Shown in pieces: positions 8,484 to 17,941 of a DNA stretch of 64,000 bases (the stretch's first letter is position 1; each line of letters starts with the position of its first letter). The notes beneath the pieces are model-generated. The model saw nothing but the letters and a program-made list of their open reading frames with translations, was not told the origin of the DNA and did no database searches. The DNA lies in NCBI GenBank assembly GCA_964595865.1, contig CAZQRL010000001.1, forward strand, positions 260,700-324,699. The letters are read 5' to 3'. Origin of the DNA: an uncultured Chthoniobacteraceae bacterium. GTDB lineage: Bacteria > Verrucomicrobiota > Verrucomicrobiia > Chthoniobacterales > DYNR01. The position numbers and the translations under genes were made by a program.

Positions 8484-9986
8484 ATGGCAGACAATCCCGT
8501 TGGCAAAGTGGCCAAGAGCGAACGCGCGGCCGAAGCTCCCGCCAGTGCCCAGAAGCAGACTGCAGCACCCAGAGCCGCCAAATCCTCGCGCTCTGCCGCT
8601 AAGTCCGGCAGCTATCTCCCGGATGTCCATCGGCAGTTGCCCCAGAGCTTGGATGCCGAGAAAGGCGTGCTCTGCTCGATCTTGCTCTCTCCAGAGGGCG
8701 TGCTGAATACGTGCATTGAACAAGGCATTAAGCCTGAGCACTTCTATTTTCCAGCGCACTCGCAAATCTATGAGTTATTGCTGGCGCTCTTCGAGAAACG
8801 GATTCCGATTGATCTCATCACGCTGACGCAACAACTGAGCGACCGCAATCTGCTCGAGAAGGTCGGTGGCGCGTTGGCAATTACCGATCTTTTCACCTTC
8901 GTTCCCACCGCCGCCAACGCGGAGTATTATTTGGAAATCCTGCGGGAGAAATACCTCCTGCGACAAGTGATTCTCACCTGCACGGAGTTCGCCGGACGGT
9001 GCTACGACGAGCAGGGAGATGCGCGCGACCTGCTGGACGAAGTTGAAAAACGGGTCTTAGCCATCGGCGAACAGCGCTTCCAGGGGGAATTGACAGACAT
9101 TAAAAAGCAGGTCATGGAAGCCGTGGCCAGCATCGAGAAGCTCTACCAGAACAAAGGCGGGATCACGGGAATTTCCACCGGGTTCAAACAGTTGGACCAG
9201 ATGACCAGCGGCTTGCACGGCGGGGAGATGTTTGTTATTGCTGCGCGGCCCTCGATGGGCAAAACCGCCTTTGCCATGAATATCGCCGAGCACATCGCGG
9301 TGGATCTTGGCAAGCCGGTGGGCATTTTTAGCTTGGAAATGAGCAGTCAACAGCTTGTGCAGCGCCTTCTTTGCTCCCGGGCTCGCATTGATCTGCAACG
9401 CATCCGCGACGGGTTCCTCAGCAAAATGGAAATCCCCAAACTTTCCGCCGCCGCCGATCAGCTGGCCAAATCGCGCATCTACATTGATGACACTTCCGGC
9501 ATGACCATTCTGGAGCTGCGCGCCAAAACGCGTCGTCTGCGCGAGAGATTCGGCATCGAGCTTTTGGTGGTGGACTATCTGCAGCTCCTGAGATCGGATT
9601 CGCGCCGCGCCAAGGAAAACCGCCAAATCGAAGTGGCGGAGATTTCCTACGGAATCAAAGCCCTGGCCAAGGAGCTGAATATCCCCATCCTCATCCTCGC
9701 CCAGCTCAATCGGCAACCCGATGAGAAGGGCGGGCGTCCCATGCTCTCCCACTTGCGCGAATCTGGCAGCATCGAACAGGATGCCGACGTGGTAGGAATG
9801 TTATTCCGGGCCGAGGTCTATGAGAAGGATGCCGAGGAGCGCAAAGAGAAGGAAGGCGAAGCGGAATTGATTATTGCCAAACAGCGCAACGGCCCGGTCG
9901 GCGAAGTACCCCTCACCTTTCTCAAACAATTCACGCGCTTTGAAGACCGGGCTACCGAGGCCCAAACTGCTGCCGAAGGGCGCTAA
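8484..9986 (+). CDS. dnaB: replicative DNA helicase DnaB
   Basis: LPQSLDAEKGVLCSILL is the DnaB N-terminal signature. Walker A is ARPSMGKTAF, and the RecA-like C-terminal motifs include QLNR and SGSIEQDAD. It has an N-terminal low-complexity extension of about 50 aa. Confidence 0.95.
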   Translation: MADNPVGKVAKSERAAEAPASAQKQTAAPRAAKSSRSAAKSGSYLPDVHRQLPQSLDAEKGVLCSILLSPEGVLNTCIEQGIKPEHFYFPAHSQIYELLLALFEKRIPIDLITLTQQLSDRNLLEKVGGALAITDLFTFVPTAANAEYYLEILREKYLLRQVILTCTEFAGRCYDEQGDARDLLDEVEKRVLAIGEQRFQGELTDIKKQVMEAVASIEKLYQNKGGITGISTGFKQLDQMTSGLHGGEMFVIAARPSMGKTAFAMNIAEHIAVDLGKPVGIFSLEMSSQQLVQRLLCSRARIDLQRIRDGFLSKMEIPKLSAAADQLAKSRIYIDDTSGMTILELRAKTRRLRERFGIELLVVDYLQLLRSDSRRAKENRQIEVAEISYGIKALAKELNIPILILAQLNRQPDEKGGRPMLSHLRESGSIEQDADVVGMLFRAEVYEKDAEERKEKEGEAELIIAKQRNGPVGEVPLTFLKQFTRFEDRATEAQTAAEGR

Positions 9987-10017
9987 CACCCCGCCCGCCT
10001 ACAGGGTGGATTTTTTT
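9987..10017 (+). terminator. possible intrinsic terminator after dnaB
   Basis: A weak CACCC...GGGTG stem (12-nt loop) is followed by T7 (10011-10017). Confidence 0.3.
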
Positions 10018-10089
10018 CTGCGACCTTTTCGCGGCGGTGAATTCTTGCTTGGCGAAAACCCCTCTCTGTGCCATGAGAGTTTCCTCCGC

Positions 10090-10171
10090 GCTCACGTGGC
10101 GGAACTGGCAGACGCGTACGCCTCAGGAGCGTATGGGGTAACCCGTGGAGGTTCGAATCCTCTCGTGAGCA
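10090..10171 (+). tRNA. tRNA-Leu (anticodon CAG)
   Basis: The acceptor stem is GCTCACG/CGTGAGC with discriminator A. The D-arm TGGCGGAACTGGCAGACGCG is as in bacterial tRNA-Leu. The anticodon arm is TACGC-CTCAGGA-GCGTA. A long variable arm and the T-arm GGAGGTTCGAATCCTCT are present. CCA is not encoded. Confidence 0.9.
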
Positions 10172-10261
10172 AATCTCCTCCTTCCGCACCAGTGGTGTTC
10201 TCACCCAGGACACAACCGTGGCTTGCGCGGCAACCACCGACCGGATAGAGCAGGCTCCCAC

Positions 10262-11131
10262 ATGTCACGCGAAGACTACCTGGCTCTCCTTTCCCGTCCG
10301 CAGGTCGCCCCATGGCGCTTGCGCACGGCGGAGTTTGTTGAATCTCGAAAAGTGGAATCCCTCATCGTGGGAGTGATTCTTTTCAACGCCCTCATTCTCG
10401 GGCTGGAAACCAGTCCCGCTTTGCTGGCAAAGCATGGGCTGCTCCTCAAGCTCCTCGATAAAGCCTGCCTCGGCGTCTTCCTGCTGGAGATCAGCCTCAA
10501 GCTCGCCGCGTATCGCTGGCATTTTTTCCGCAGCGGTTGGAATTGGTTCGACTTTTTGGTTGTGGGAGTGGCCTTGGTTCCAGGAGCAGGAGTTTGGGCC
10601 GTCTTGCGCTCCCTGCGGGTTTTGCGCGTGCTGCGGCTACTGACGGTCATCCCTTCCTTGCGCAAGGTCGTGCTCGCCTTTTTGCATGCCATCCCCGGGC
10701 TTGCGGGCGTCATGGCCGTGATGGCCATCTTTTTCTACACGGCAGCCGTCTTGGCAACCAAGCTCTTCGGCAGCCAATTTACCGAGTGGTTCGGCACCAT
10801 TGGCCGCAGCCTTTACTCCCTGTTCCAAATCATGACTCTGGAGAGTTGGTCCATGGGGATCGTCCGACCCGTCATGGAGGTCTATCCCTACGCGTGGATT
10901 TTCTTCGTGCCCTTCATCATCATCGCCACCTTCACGATTCTGAACCTCTTCATCGGTATCATCGTCTCAACGATGCAGGAGCTGGCCACGGCCCCAGATC
11001 CGGCACCGCTGCGCAAGCCAACCGAGGTCGAGCAACTCCTACAGCGATTAGAAAACGATCTGGCTGCCTTGCGGCGGGAATTGCAACCGCAGGGGAAGCA
11101 AAACTCAAAGAAAGAGCCAGCGACAAATTAG
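10262..11131 (+). CDS. bacterial voltage-gated sodium channel (NaChBac/NavAb-type, single 6-TM domain)
   Basis: The S4 helix has Arg every third residue ([23 protein letters not shown]). The selectivity filter and pore read [36 protein letters not shown]-terminal coiled-coil-like tail follows. The start was trimmed to MSREDY. Confidence 0.85.
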   Translation: MSREDYLALLSRPQVAPWRLRTAEFVESRKVESLIVGVILFNALILGLETSPALLAKHGLLLKLLDKACLGVFLLEISLKLAAYRWHFFRSGWNWFDFLVVGVALVPGAGVWAVLRSLRVLRVLRLLTVIPSLRKVVLAFLHAIPGLAGVMAVMAIFFYTAAVLATKLFGSQFTEWFGTIGRSLYSLFQIMTLESWSMGIVRPVMEVYPYAWIFFVPFIIIATFTILNLFIGIIVSTMQELATAPDPAPLRKPTEVEQLLQRLENDLAALRRELQPQGKQNSKKEPATN

Positions 11132-12409
11132 CACGGCTGCCAGCATCCCGCAGAAGTCGGCGGCCAACCCTGCAGGGACAGCATGCCGGGTTCGCCGCAC
11201 CGCCACGGAGCCGAAATAGACTGCCAAGACGTAAAAGGTCGTCTCGGTGCTGCCGAGAATCGTCCCCGCCAGCCGGGCGGTGAAGCTGTCCCCGCCATGC
11301 GTCTGCACAATTTCCGAGAAGATGCCGAGCGCTCCACTTCCGCTCAAAGGCCGCACCATCATCAGTGGCAGCACCTCCACCGGCACCCCGAGCACCCCCA
11401 GCAAAGGAGCCAACGCCTGCGCCACCAACTCCACACCTCCCGCCGCACGAAAGACCGCAATCGCGGCGAGAATAGCCACCAGGAACGGAATAACCCGCAA
11501 CGCCACTTGAATCCCCTCTTTTGCCCCCTCGACGAATTCCTCATAGACGGGCACCCTTTTCAACGCGGCATAAAGTGGAAAAAAGGCAAAGAGAGCCGGC
11601 ACCGCCAGCAGTGAAAGCGCCTGCACCAGAGCCGAGGGGAGCGCGGCACCCGTGAGCATCTCTTGCCGCACCAGTTGTCCAGTAGCCACCAGCAAACCCG
11701 CAGCAAAAAACAACAACACGCCGCGCTTCCAGAGGCTCAACCGTTCGCCGGAAGCGGCGGCAGCTTCTTCGGCTCGCATTTCTTCCGCCACCGCAACCTG
11801 TTGCTCCGGGGAGGGGTCTGGCAGGCGGTAACGCGGCCATTTTTCCAGGGTTTTGACCACGACCAGCCCCGCCGCAGTAGAGACCAAAGTGGCGAGAAAG
11901 GCGCTGCCAATGATCGCCGAGGGCTGGGTGGCACCTGCCGTGGCAAGAATTGCCACCGCCGTGGCCGGGATGATTTGCACCGAGCTGGTATTGATGGCAA
12001 GGAAGGTGCACATGGCATTGCTGGCCGTGCCGGGATGCGGGTTGATCTTCTGCAAATGCTGCATGGCACGCAGACCCAGCGGCGTAGCGGCATTGCTCAG
12101 GCCAAGCATGTTGGCGGCAATATTCATGACCATGGCTCCCATGGCCGGATGACGTACCGGCACATCCGGAAACAACTGCCGCAGCACCGGTCGGAGAGCT
12201 CCGGCCAAGGATTGAATGAGTCCGGCTTTTTCCGCCAAGCGCATGAAGCCAAGCCAGAGCGACATCAAGCCTCCAAGCGGCAAGGCGAGCGTCATCACCG
12301 CATTTTTCGCAGCGTCGAAAGCCGCTGGTCCGATCTCGCCCAGCTTACCCGAGAACGCAGCCAGGACCACTCCGCCCACGACCAACCCGATCCAGAGAAA
12401 ATTTAGCAT
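11105..12409 (-). CDS. nucleoside-recognition (Gate) domain membrane protein, SpmA/SpmB-like fusion
   Basis: A 434-aa polytopic membrane protein whose N-terminus MLNFLWIGLVVGGV...AAKNAVMTLALPLGGLMSLWLGFMRLAEKAGL is typical of SpmA-like proteins. Confidence 0.6.
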   Translation of the reverse strand: MLNFLWIGLVVGGVVLAAFSGKLGEIGPAAFDAAKNAVMTLALPLGGLMSLWLGFMRLAEKAGLIQSLAGALRPVLRQLFPDVPVRHPAMGAMVMNIAANMLGLSNAATPLGLRAMQHLQKINPHPGTASNAMCTFLAINTSSVQIIPATAVAILATAGATQPSAIIGSAFLATLVSTAAGLVVVKTLEKWPRYRLPDPSPEQQVAVAEEMRAEEAAAASGERLSLWKRGVLLFFAAGLLVATGQLVRQEMLTGAALPSALVQALSLLAVPALFAFFPLYAALKRVPVYEEFVEGAKEGIQVALRVIPFLVAILAAIAVFRAAGGVELVAQALAPLLGVLGVPVEVLPLMMVRPLSGSGALGIFSEIVQTHGGDSFTARLAGTILGSTETTFYVLAVYFGSVAVRRTRHAVPAGLAADFCGMLAAVLICRWLFL

Positions 12410-12443
12410 GGAATCTGGCTAGCCCGCTCGCCCCAGCGACCAA

Positions 12444-12935
12444 TCAGTCCCGGAAGTTGCCGAAACCCAGCCCCACCCCAAAATCCCGTCCACGCAAAAA
12501 TTGCATCACTTCCTGCAACTCATCCTTCTTTTTCCCAGTGACACGAATCTGCCGGTCCTGCAAGGCACACTGAACTTTGCTCCCAGTCGCTTTGATGGCC
12601 TTGATGATCTCCTTGGCTTTCTCCCCCTCGATGCCTTGTTTGATCAGCAAATCCTGCGTGGCATGTCCCAACGGCGAGATGGCCGGATCCTTGGGCTCGA
12701 TGTTACGCAAATCAATATTCCGCTTGGCCAGCTTGCTAGTGACAATCTCCCGCAGGGCTTTTAGTTTGGCAGCATCTTCGGCCTTAAGGTGGATGCTATC
12801 GGCTTTGCCTTGCAGCTCGATCGTGGCCGGCGAACCTTTGAAATCAAAACGGCTGGCCAACTCCTTGAGCGCCGCATCCACAGCGTTCTTAACCTCCATG
12901 CGGTTGACTTCTGAGGTGATATCGAAGGATGGCAT
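12444..12935 (-). CDS. yajQ: YajQ-family nucleotide-binding protein
   Basis: MPSFDITSEVNRMEVKNAVD is the canonical YajQ start. About 163 aa after trimming the ORF-track extension. Confidence 0.85.
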   Translation of the reverse strand: MPSFDITSEVNRMEVKNAVDAALKELASRFDFKGSPATIELQGKADSIHLKAEDAAKLKALREIVTSKLAKRNIDLRNIEPKDPAISPLGHATQDLLIKQGIEGEKAKEIIKAIKATGSKVQCALQDRQIRVTGKKKDELQEVMQFLRGRDFGVGLGFGNFRD

Positions 12936-12973
12936 GAGCGAAGAATTAGGAAGTTGGCGCGGCCTTGGGCGAG

Positions 12974-13984
12974 TCAAAAATCGGTAAAGGCTGGCCGTCC
13001 GGGTCGCGGGCGCAAGAGCAACATGCAGTCCCCGTAGCTGAAAAAACGGTATTTTTCGCGCACGGCGTCCGCATAAGCCTCGAGGATCAATTCCCGTCCC
13101 GCGAGCGCGGCCACAAGCATCAGGAGCGTTGAGCAGGGTAAGTGAAAATTCGTCAAGAGCGCATCCAGTCGCTGAAAGGTGAAAGGCGGGTGAATAAAAA
13201 TTGCGGTGCGGCCACGATGCGCTCTGAGCGGACCCGGAGGTTGGCTTTCCAACACCCGCACCACGGTGGTGCCCACGGCGAAAACCCGGGCGGCTTTTTC
13301 AATCGCTTGGGCATTCTCCGGCAACAACTCATAGCGCTCCTCATGCATGGTGTGCTGGCTGACGTCCTCGGCCTTCACGGGGAGAAAAGTTCCCGGTCCG
13401 ACATGCAAGGTCACGAAAGCATGTGGCAGGCGGGAGAGAATCTCCGGTGTAAAGTGCAGGCCAGCGGTGGGTGCCGCCACGCTTCCCGCCTGAGTGGCAT
13501 AGACGGTTTGGTAGCGTTCTTCATCCTCCGCCTCAGCTTCACGATGGAGATAAGGCGGCAAAGGGATTTCTCCGTAGTGCTCGCAGTCTGGCTCGCGGGC
13601 AAACTCCAGCAAGCGTTCTCCGTTTTCCCGGATTTCCACGACCCGCGCTGTCGTCCCCCCAACTGACTGTTCCATCCCCAAACGCCACTTTCGGCCCGGC
13701 CGAACCAGCGCCCACCAACGCCGCCGATTCGTCTCTTCGACAGGTTCTATGAGCAGCGCCTCCCCCCCGCCGGCCAACGGCAGACGGGCTTTGATGACGC
13801 GAGAATTATTCAGCACCACCAGATCTTCCCTGCCCACAAACGTGGGAAAATCTCGGAAGGCTCGATGATACCAGCACCCCTTCGCCACATCCACGACGAG
13901 CATCCGGGAGTCTTCCCGTCGCCGCGTGGGATGTTTGGCAATCAGCTCCTCGGGTAATTCGTAGAAGAAATCTTCCGTCCTCAA
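12974..13984 (-). CDS. queA: S-adenosylmethionine:tRNA ribosyltransferase-isomerase
   Basis: From TTG 13984 the product reads (M)RTEDFFYELPEELIAKHPTRRREDSRMLVV, the QueA N-terminal consensus. The TTG overlaps the upstream stop (TTGA). The C-terminus ...FFSYGDCMLL is typical. Confidence 0.9.
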   Translation of the reverse strand: MRTEDFFYELPEELIAKHPTRRREDSRMLVVDVAKGCWYHRAFRDFPTFVGREDLVVLNNSRVIKARLPLAGGGEALLIEPVEETNRRRWWALVRPGRKWRLGMEQSVGGTTARVVEIRENGERLLEFAREPDCEHYGEIPLPPYLHREAEAEDEERYQTVYATQAGSVAAPTAGLHFTPEILSRLPHAFVTLHVGPGTFLPVKAEDVSQHTMHEERYELLPENAQAIEKAARVFAVGTTVVRVLESQPPGPLRAHRGRTAIFIHPPFTFQRLDALLTNFHLPCSTLLMLVAALAGRELILEAYADAVREKYRFFSYGDCMLLLRPRPGRPAFTDF

Positions 13985-16518
13985 GATTTTTTCGCCTCGG
14001 GATTTTTCTGGGGTTTCTTGCGGCCGAGTGGTTCCAAGCCGCAGCGTCGGGCAGCGGCGGTGACCAAAGAGGCCACTCGCCGCCGGAGGCGCAGCGCCCG
14101 ATAGGCCAAGACCCCGAGGAAGATCCCATAAGGAATCTGCAGCCACCAATCACTCCCCGGAACGAAAAACTCCCGATAAAGCAGGATGCCAAGGATGACA
14201 GCATTAACCAGAGCCGTCGTAGCAACCATGGTTGTTTTCAGGCTCACCCGGGTCAGGCATTTGGGACCTCCGTGGTATTCGGTAACCGTTTTGATACGCA
14301 CACCCCACCAGACGCTACCGTAGATTTGCACGTCCCAGTTTTGCCATCCGGTATCAATCGAGTAACTCCACCCTTCTGTCTCCAAGGCGGCGATCATTTC
14401 CCGCAGCAGGGCTTCCCGACCTTGACCGGTCTCATTCCAGAAGCGCAATTCACGCGGCGTAATCCAGGGAGCTCGAATCGGCGCGCCCGGCTCCTCATGC
14501 GTGATGACCGAAGCCGGGGTGTGTTTGTATTTCAGCCAGGTGTAGTAGCGCCACCAACCCCGCACCAAGGGCTGACAAAGGGCCAACCCCGCGACCAGCA
14601 GACGGGCCGGGACGGTGTCGAAACGTGCCTCCAGCCGCGCATGAATCATGTAGGAGAGGGCCACTAGGAAGGTGCCGCCAAACATGAGGTAAGGGACGAT
14701 CCGCAGATCTGGAATCCCGATCGAAAGCAAAAAGATGAACCCCGTGAGCACCACCCACTCGATACTGCTTAGATAAGCGGCAATCTCCGATTGTGGGGTC
14801 GGATAAATGCACTGGAAGAGCCCCTCTCCAAAGACCCCGTGATAAACTACCGGACGATTGATCAACCAAGTGAAGCGCGGGGTGCCATAGATTTGCCCCT
14901 TCCATTTCGCGGTGCCCGTGGGGCCAAAAAAGACCAGGTGTTTGAAACGCAGCATAGACTCGGCCTCCCCGTAGCCCTCTTGCTGCTTCCTAAAGGCCGA
15001 GAGCGTAAAACGGCGATAGTGCCAAACAATCGCCGAGGGACTGAAGGCGATAACTCCTCCGCTCTGCTGCAGGCGCCAACAGAAATCCACATCGTCTCCG
15101 GCCTTGCGATATTCGCTGTCAAAGCCCCCCACACGTTCGAAAGCCCAGCGATGAAAGGCCATGTTGCAGCCGGGAATGTGCTCTGCCACCACATCGGTGA
15201 GCAGCACGTGACTCGGACCTCCCGGAGCAGCGGCAACGCAGGCTTGCACCCAATCCACGGCCGGGGGCGAGATATTCGGCCCACCAACACCGGCGTAGTC
15301 CCCGCTCAACAACGTCCCGACGAGAAAATACAGCCAATCCGGGTCGGCCATACAATCGGAATCCGTGTAGGCCAGAATCTCCCCCTTGGCGGTTGCCGCT
15401 CCCACATTTCGCGCCACGCTCAAGCCTTTGTTTTCCTGCCGCACGGAGACGATCCAAGGGTGGCGCGCGGCAATCTCTGGGGTGTGATCTTTCGAACCAT
15501 CATCCACCAGAACCACCTCATAGTCCGGGTAATTGAGCTTCCGCAAACTCTGCAGGCAGTCATCCAGCGTGGCTCCGCCATTGTAGGAACAGACAATCAC
15601 CGAAACTTTCGGATAAGCAGGCAGCGGCACGGTGGCCGTGAGCGATCCAGGTGCGGCGAAATATTTCTGTACGACCGAAAAGGCTTTCTTGGGCTGGCGA
15701 TCCCGGGTGGTCAGACCAAAAGCCCAGTCCGTGATCTCCATCCCCCCCCGAAACCACTCATCTGTCCACGAATAAATCACGGTCCCCGCCAAACCACCCC
15801 GGACCACACTCTGGATGTGCCAGTCGAGCATTTCGGCCTGCTCCTCCTCGGTATGTCGGATGGTATCCATGCCAAATTCCCCCATGACCAGCGGACGGTC
15901 CTCGACGAGGTTTTGCAGGCGGGCGAGGTAGCGTTCGAAATCCTCCCGGCGATGGAGATAGACGTTGAAGGTGTAGAAGTCTGCGTTTTGCGGCAGGAGA
16001 TACTCGGTGGGCGGATAGCTGGCGTAGGAAAAGAGTGACTGCGGATCTTCCCCGCGGGCGGTTTCGATGAGTTCTTCAACGAATTCCGTGACCCGCCGCA
16101 CCCCCAGCCAGCGCACCATCGAACTAGGGATCTCATTACCAACCAGATAACCAAAAATTGCCGGGTGGTTGGCCCGAGAACGCACGCCTTCGCGGATGGA
16201 TTGCACGATCTCCCGGCGAATTTTCCGCTCTTGCAAGAAGGCCACATGCTCCGCCCAGGGCAGGGTGACAAGCAACTTCAGCCCGGCTTCCGCAACCAGG
16301 TCGCAGAACCACCGCGGGGGCACGTAGTAAACCCGCAATACATTCGCCCCAAGTTTTTGCAGCAGCTGGAGATCTCCCTGCACCTGCTCGGGCGAGCCGA
16401 AGTGATCGCCCTGGCGGTCTGGCGCAAAAGGACCGTAGGTGACTCCGCGCAAGAAAAACTTTTCCTCGCCCCGAAAAAAGAATTTGGCCCGTACATGCAG
16501 GCGCTCCATGCCACTCAT
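13981..16518 (-). CDS. large fusion: N-terminal clan GH-A-like TIM-barrel domain + GT2 glycosyltransferase + C-terminal multi-TM region
   Basis: The N-terminal part has LVGNEIP (acid/base-like NE) and PLVMGEFG (nucleophile-like E). The middle has the GT2 motifs VSVIVCSYNG, VLVDDGSKD, YTDSDC and GCNMAFHR. The C-terminal about 300 aa contains several hydrophobic helices. Confidence 0.75.
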   Translation of the reverse strand: MSGMERLHVRAKFFFRGEEKFFLRGVTYGPFAPDRQGDHFGSPEQVQGDLQLLQKLGANVLRVYYVPPRWFCDLVAEAGLKLLVTLPWAEHVAFLQERKIRREIVQSIREGVRSRANHPAIFGYLVGNEIPSSMVRWLGVRRVTEFVEELIETARGEDPQSLFSYASYPPTEYLLPQNADFYTFNVYLHRREDFERYLARLQNLVEDRPLVMGEFGMDTIRHTEEEQAEMLDWHIQSVVRGGLAGTVIYSWTDEWFRGGMEITDWAFGLTTRDRQPKKAFSVVQKYFAAPGSLTATVPLPAYPKVSVIVCSYNGGATLDDCLQSLRKLNYPDYEVVLVDDGSKDHTPEIAARHPWIVSVRQENKGLSVARNVGAATAKGEILAYTDSDCMADPDWLYFLVGTLLSGDYAGVGGPNISPPAVDWVQACVAAAPGGPSHVLLTDVVAEHIPGCNMAFHRWAFERVGGFDSEYRKAGDDVDFCWRLQQSGGVIAFSPSAIVWHYRRFTLSAFRKQQEGYGEAESMLRFKHLVFFGPTGTAKWKGQIYGTPRFTWLINRPVVYHGVFGEGLFQCIYPTPQSEIAAYLSSIEWVVLTGFIFLLSIGIPDLRIVPYLMFGGTFLVALSYMIHARLEARFDTVPARLLVAGLALCQPLVRGWWRYYTWLKYKHTPASVITHEEPGAPIRAPWITPRELRFWNETGQGREALLREMIAALETEGWSYSIDTGWQNWDVQIYGSVWWGVRIKTVTEYHGGPKCLTRVSLKTTMVATTALVNAVILGILLYREFFVPGSDWWLQIPYGIFLGVLAYRALRLRRRVASLVTAAARRCGLEPLGRKKPQKNPEAKKS

Positions 16519-16536
16519 AGTGTTTACCCGTAAGCC

Positions 16537-17013
16537 CTAGTCGCCCGATTCCTCTTCTTCGTCCTCGCCTTTGTTTTCGCCCAGACTTTGCAGGACTTCC
16601 GTCATATCCTCCACCTGCTCCCAAACTTCCCGAGTCACAAAAATAGGCGCCCCTTGCTGCGCCGCCAGCGCCAAGCAATCGCTCGGCCGCGCATCCAGCT
16701 CGATGATTTTTCGCCGCTCGGTCAGCTCGTTCTCGGCAGAAATTATCAGGCGGGCAAAGTAGGTCCCATTTTTCACGTCGTTGATGATCACGCGTTCGAC
16801 GCGTGCGCCGAGGGCCTGCAGAAGCATGACCATGAGGTCATGGGTCAGAGGACGTTCTTTCTCGGTGCCATTGATGAACATCGAGATGGCATTCCCGACG
16901 GCGGGGTCCATGTAGATCACGAAAATGCGCTCCTCGTTTCCGAGAAAGACCGCCGCACCGGTGTTGGTCGGCACCACGGCATGCACCCCCACTTGGACCA
17001 CTTCTTTATTCAC
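16537..17013 (-). CDS. bifunctional nuclease family protein (DUF151/BFN)
   Basis: VFLGNEERIFVIYMDPAVGNAI, ERPLTHDLM and LDARPSDCLALA match BFN-domain layout. GTG 17013 overlaps the maf stop (GTGA). An acidic C-terminal tail follows. Confidence 0.75.
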   Translation of the reverse strand: MNKEVVQVGVHAVVPTNTGAAVFLGNEERIFVIYMDPAVGNAISMFINGTEKERPLTHDLMVMLLQALGARVERVIINDVKNGTYFARLIISAENELTERRKIIELDARPSDCLALAAQQGAPIFVTREVWEQVEDMTEVLQSLGENKGEDEEEESGD

Positions 17014-17594
17014 GAATCCCCTATATCCCTCGGAGGCAGCTTCGACAACTCCGGAAAAAATTTTTGCAGCCGACAGCGCACCTCGGAAAGTGGAAGGCCA
17101 ATCACGTTGTCCCGGCAACCGCGGATCCCGGCAATGAGGGTCCCATCATCCTCCTGCGCGGCATACCCCCCGGCCTTGTCCAAGGGATCCACGCGCGAGA
17201 AAAAACTGGAAATTTGCGCCTCGGTGAGTGGATGAAAAGTCACCTCCGAAGTCACATGGAAAGCTTCGGTCTGCTCCGCTTTGGCCAGAAAGACTCCAGT
17301 GATCACCTGATGCGTAACCCCGCTCAACCTCCGCAGGAATTGCCTCGCCTCGGTCAGGTCCCGAGGTTTTCCAAGAATCTGGTCTTCGAGAACGACGATT
17401 GTGTCGGCAGCCAGAATCACTGCTGCCGGGTGTCGTTTTTGCACCTGCAACGCCTTCAAACGGGCGTTGGCCAAAGCCAAAGCGAAAGCCGGGCCTGGAA
17501 CCGAAGTCGCCTCTTCAACCTCAGGTAGGCAAATTCCGAAGGCGAGCCCTAGTGAGCTGAGCAACTCCCGACGCCGGGGAGAGGCAGAAGCCAA
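17010..17594 (-). CDS. maf: Maf-like nucleoside triphosphate pyrophosphatase
   Basis: (L)ILASASPRRRELL at the N-terminus and the AGGYAAQ motif. The start codon is uncertain (TTG 17594). Confidence 0.85.
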   Translation of the reverse strand: MASASPRRRELLSSLGLAFGICLPEVEEATSVPGPAFALALANARLKALQVQKRHPAAVILAADTIVVLEDQILGKPRDLTEARQFLRRLSGVTHQVITGVFLAKAEQTEAFHVTSEVTFHPLTEAQISSFFSRVDPLDKAGGYAAQEDDGTLIAGIRGCRDNVIGLPLSEVRCRLQKFFPELSKLPPRDIGDS

Positions 17595-17620
17595 GATAAG
17601 AGGACTGGGTGCCTCGGGGT

Positions 17621-17923
17621 TCAGAACATTTCGCCCGCCTCGAGGGCGTCGCCGGTGCGAATCATATCCAACCTTTTGCGAACCCGTCGCGAGGAATCCG
17701 GCCGGTTGGCAATCCGCGCTGCCACCCCGGCTAGGATCGGTGTTAAGGCTGCGACGCCGACAACCAACAAGCCGAAGGCCAACTTGTCTTTGGCTTCGCG
17801 GGAGAGATAGTTCGAGACAAGCAAGCCGGCTCCGAAACCGACGGCTGCTTGCGAGGCCGCCACCAAGCCGCTGGCTGGGAGGTTATGGCCGAGGTTTTCT
17901 AATGGGAGTCGGTCCATAAGCAA
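17621..17923 (-). CDS. small membrane protein, unknown function
   Basis: 100 aa with two hydrophobic helices. It is tightly packed between rpsR and maf on the same strand. Confidence 0.5.
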   Translation of the reverse strand: MLMDRLPLENLGHNLPASGLVAASQAAVGFGAGLLVSNYLSREAKDKLAFGLLVVGVAALTPILAGVAARIANRPDSSRRVRKRLDMIRTGDALEAGEMF

Positions 17924-17941
17924 GGGAGGCGGGAAGCGACC

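Noticed and set aside
10172-10261. tRNA-Leu 3' flank as an integration site for a genomic island.
   Set aside because: There is no integrase gene, no direct repeat of the tRNA 3' end downstream, and no compositional shift. The next gene is the sodium channel, with normal GC.
15742-15749. C8/G8 homopolymer inside the GH/GT2 fusion gene, as a phase-variation tract.
   Set aside because: At about 60% GC, several 7-8-nt G/C runs are expected per 64 kb (roughly 8 by a simple 0.3^8 estimate), and others occur in the window. There is no evidence of variability.
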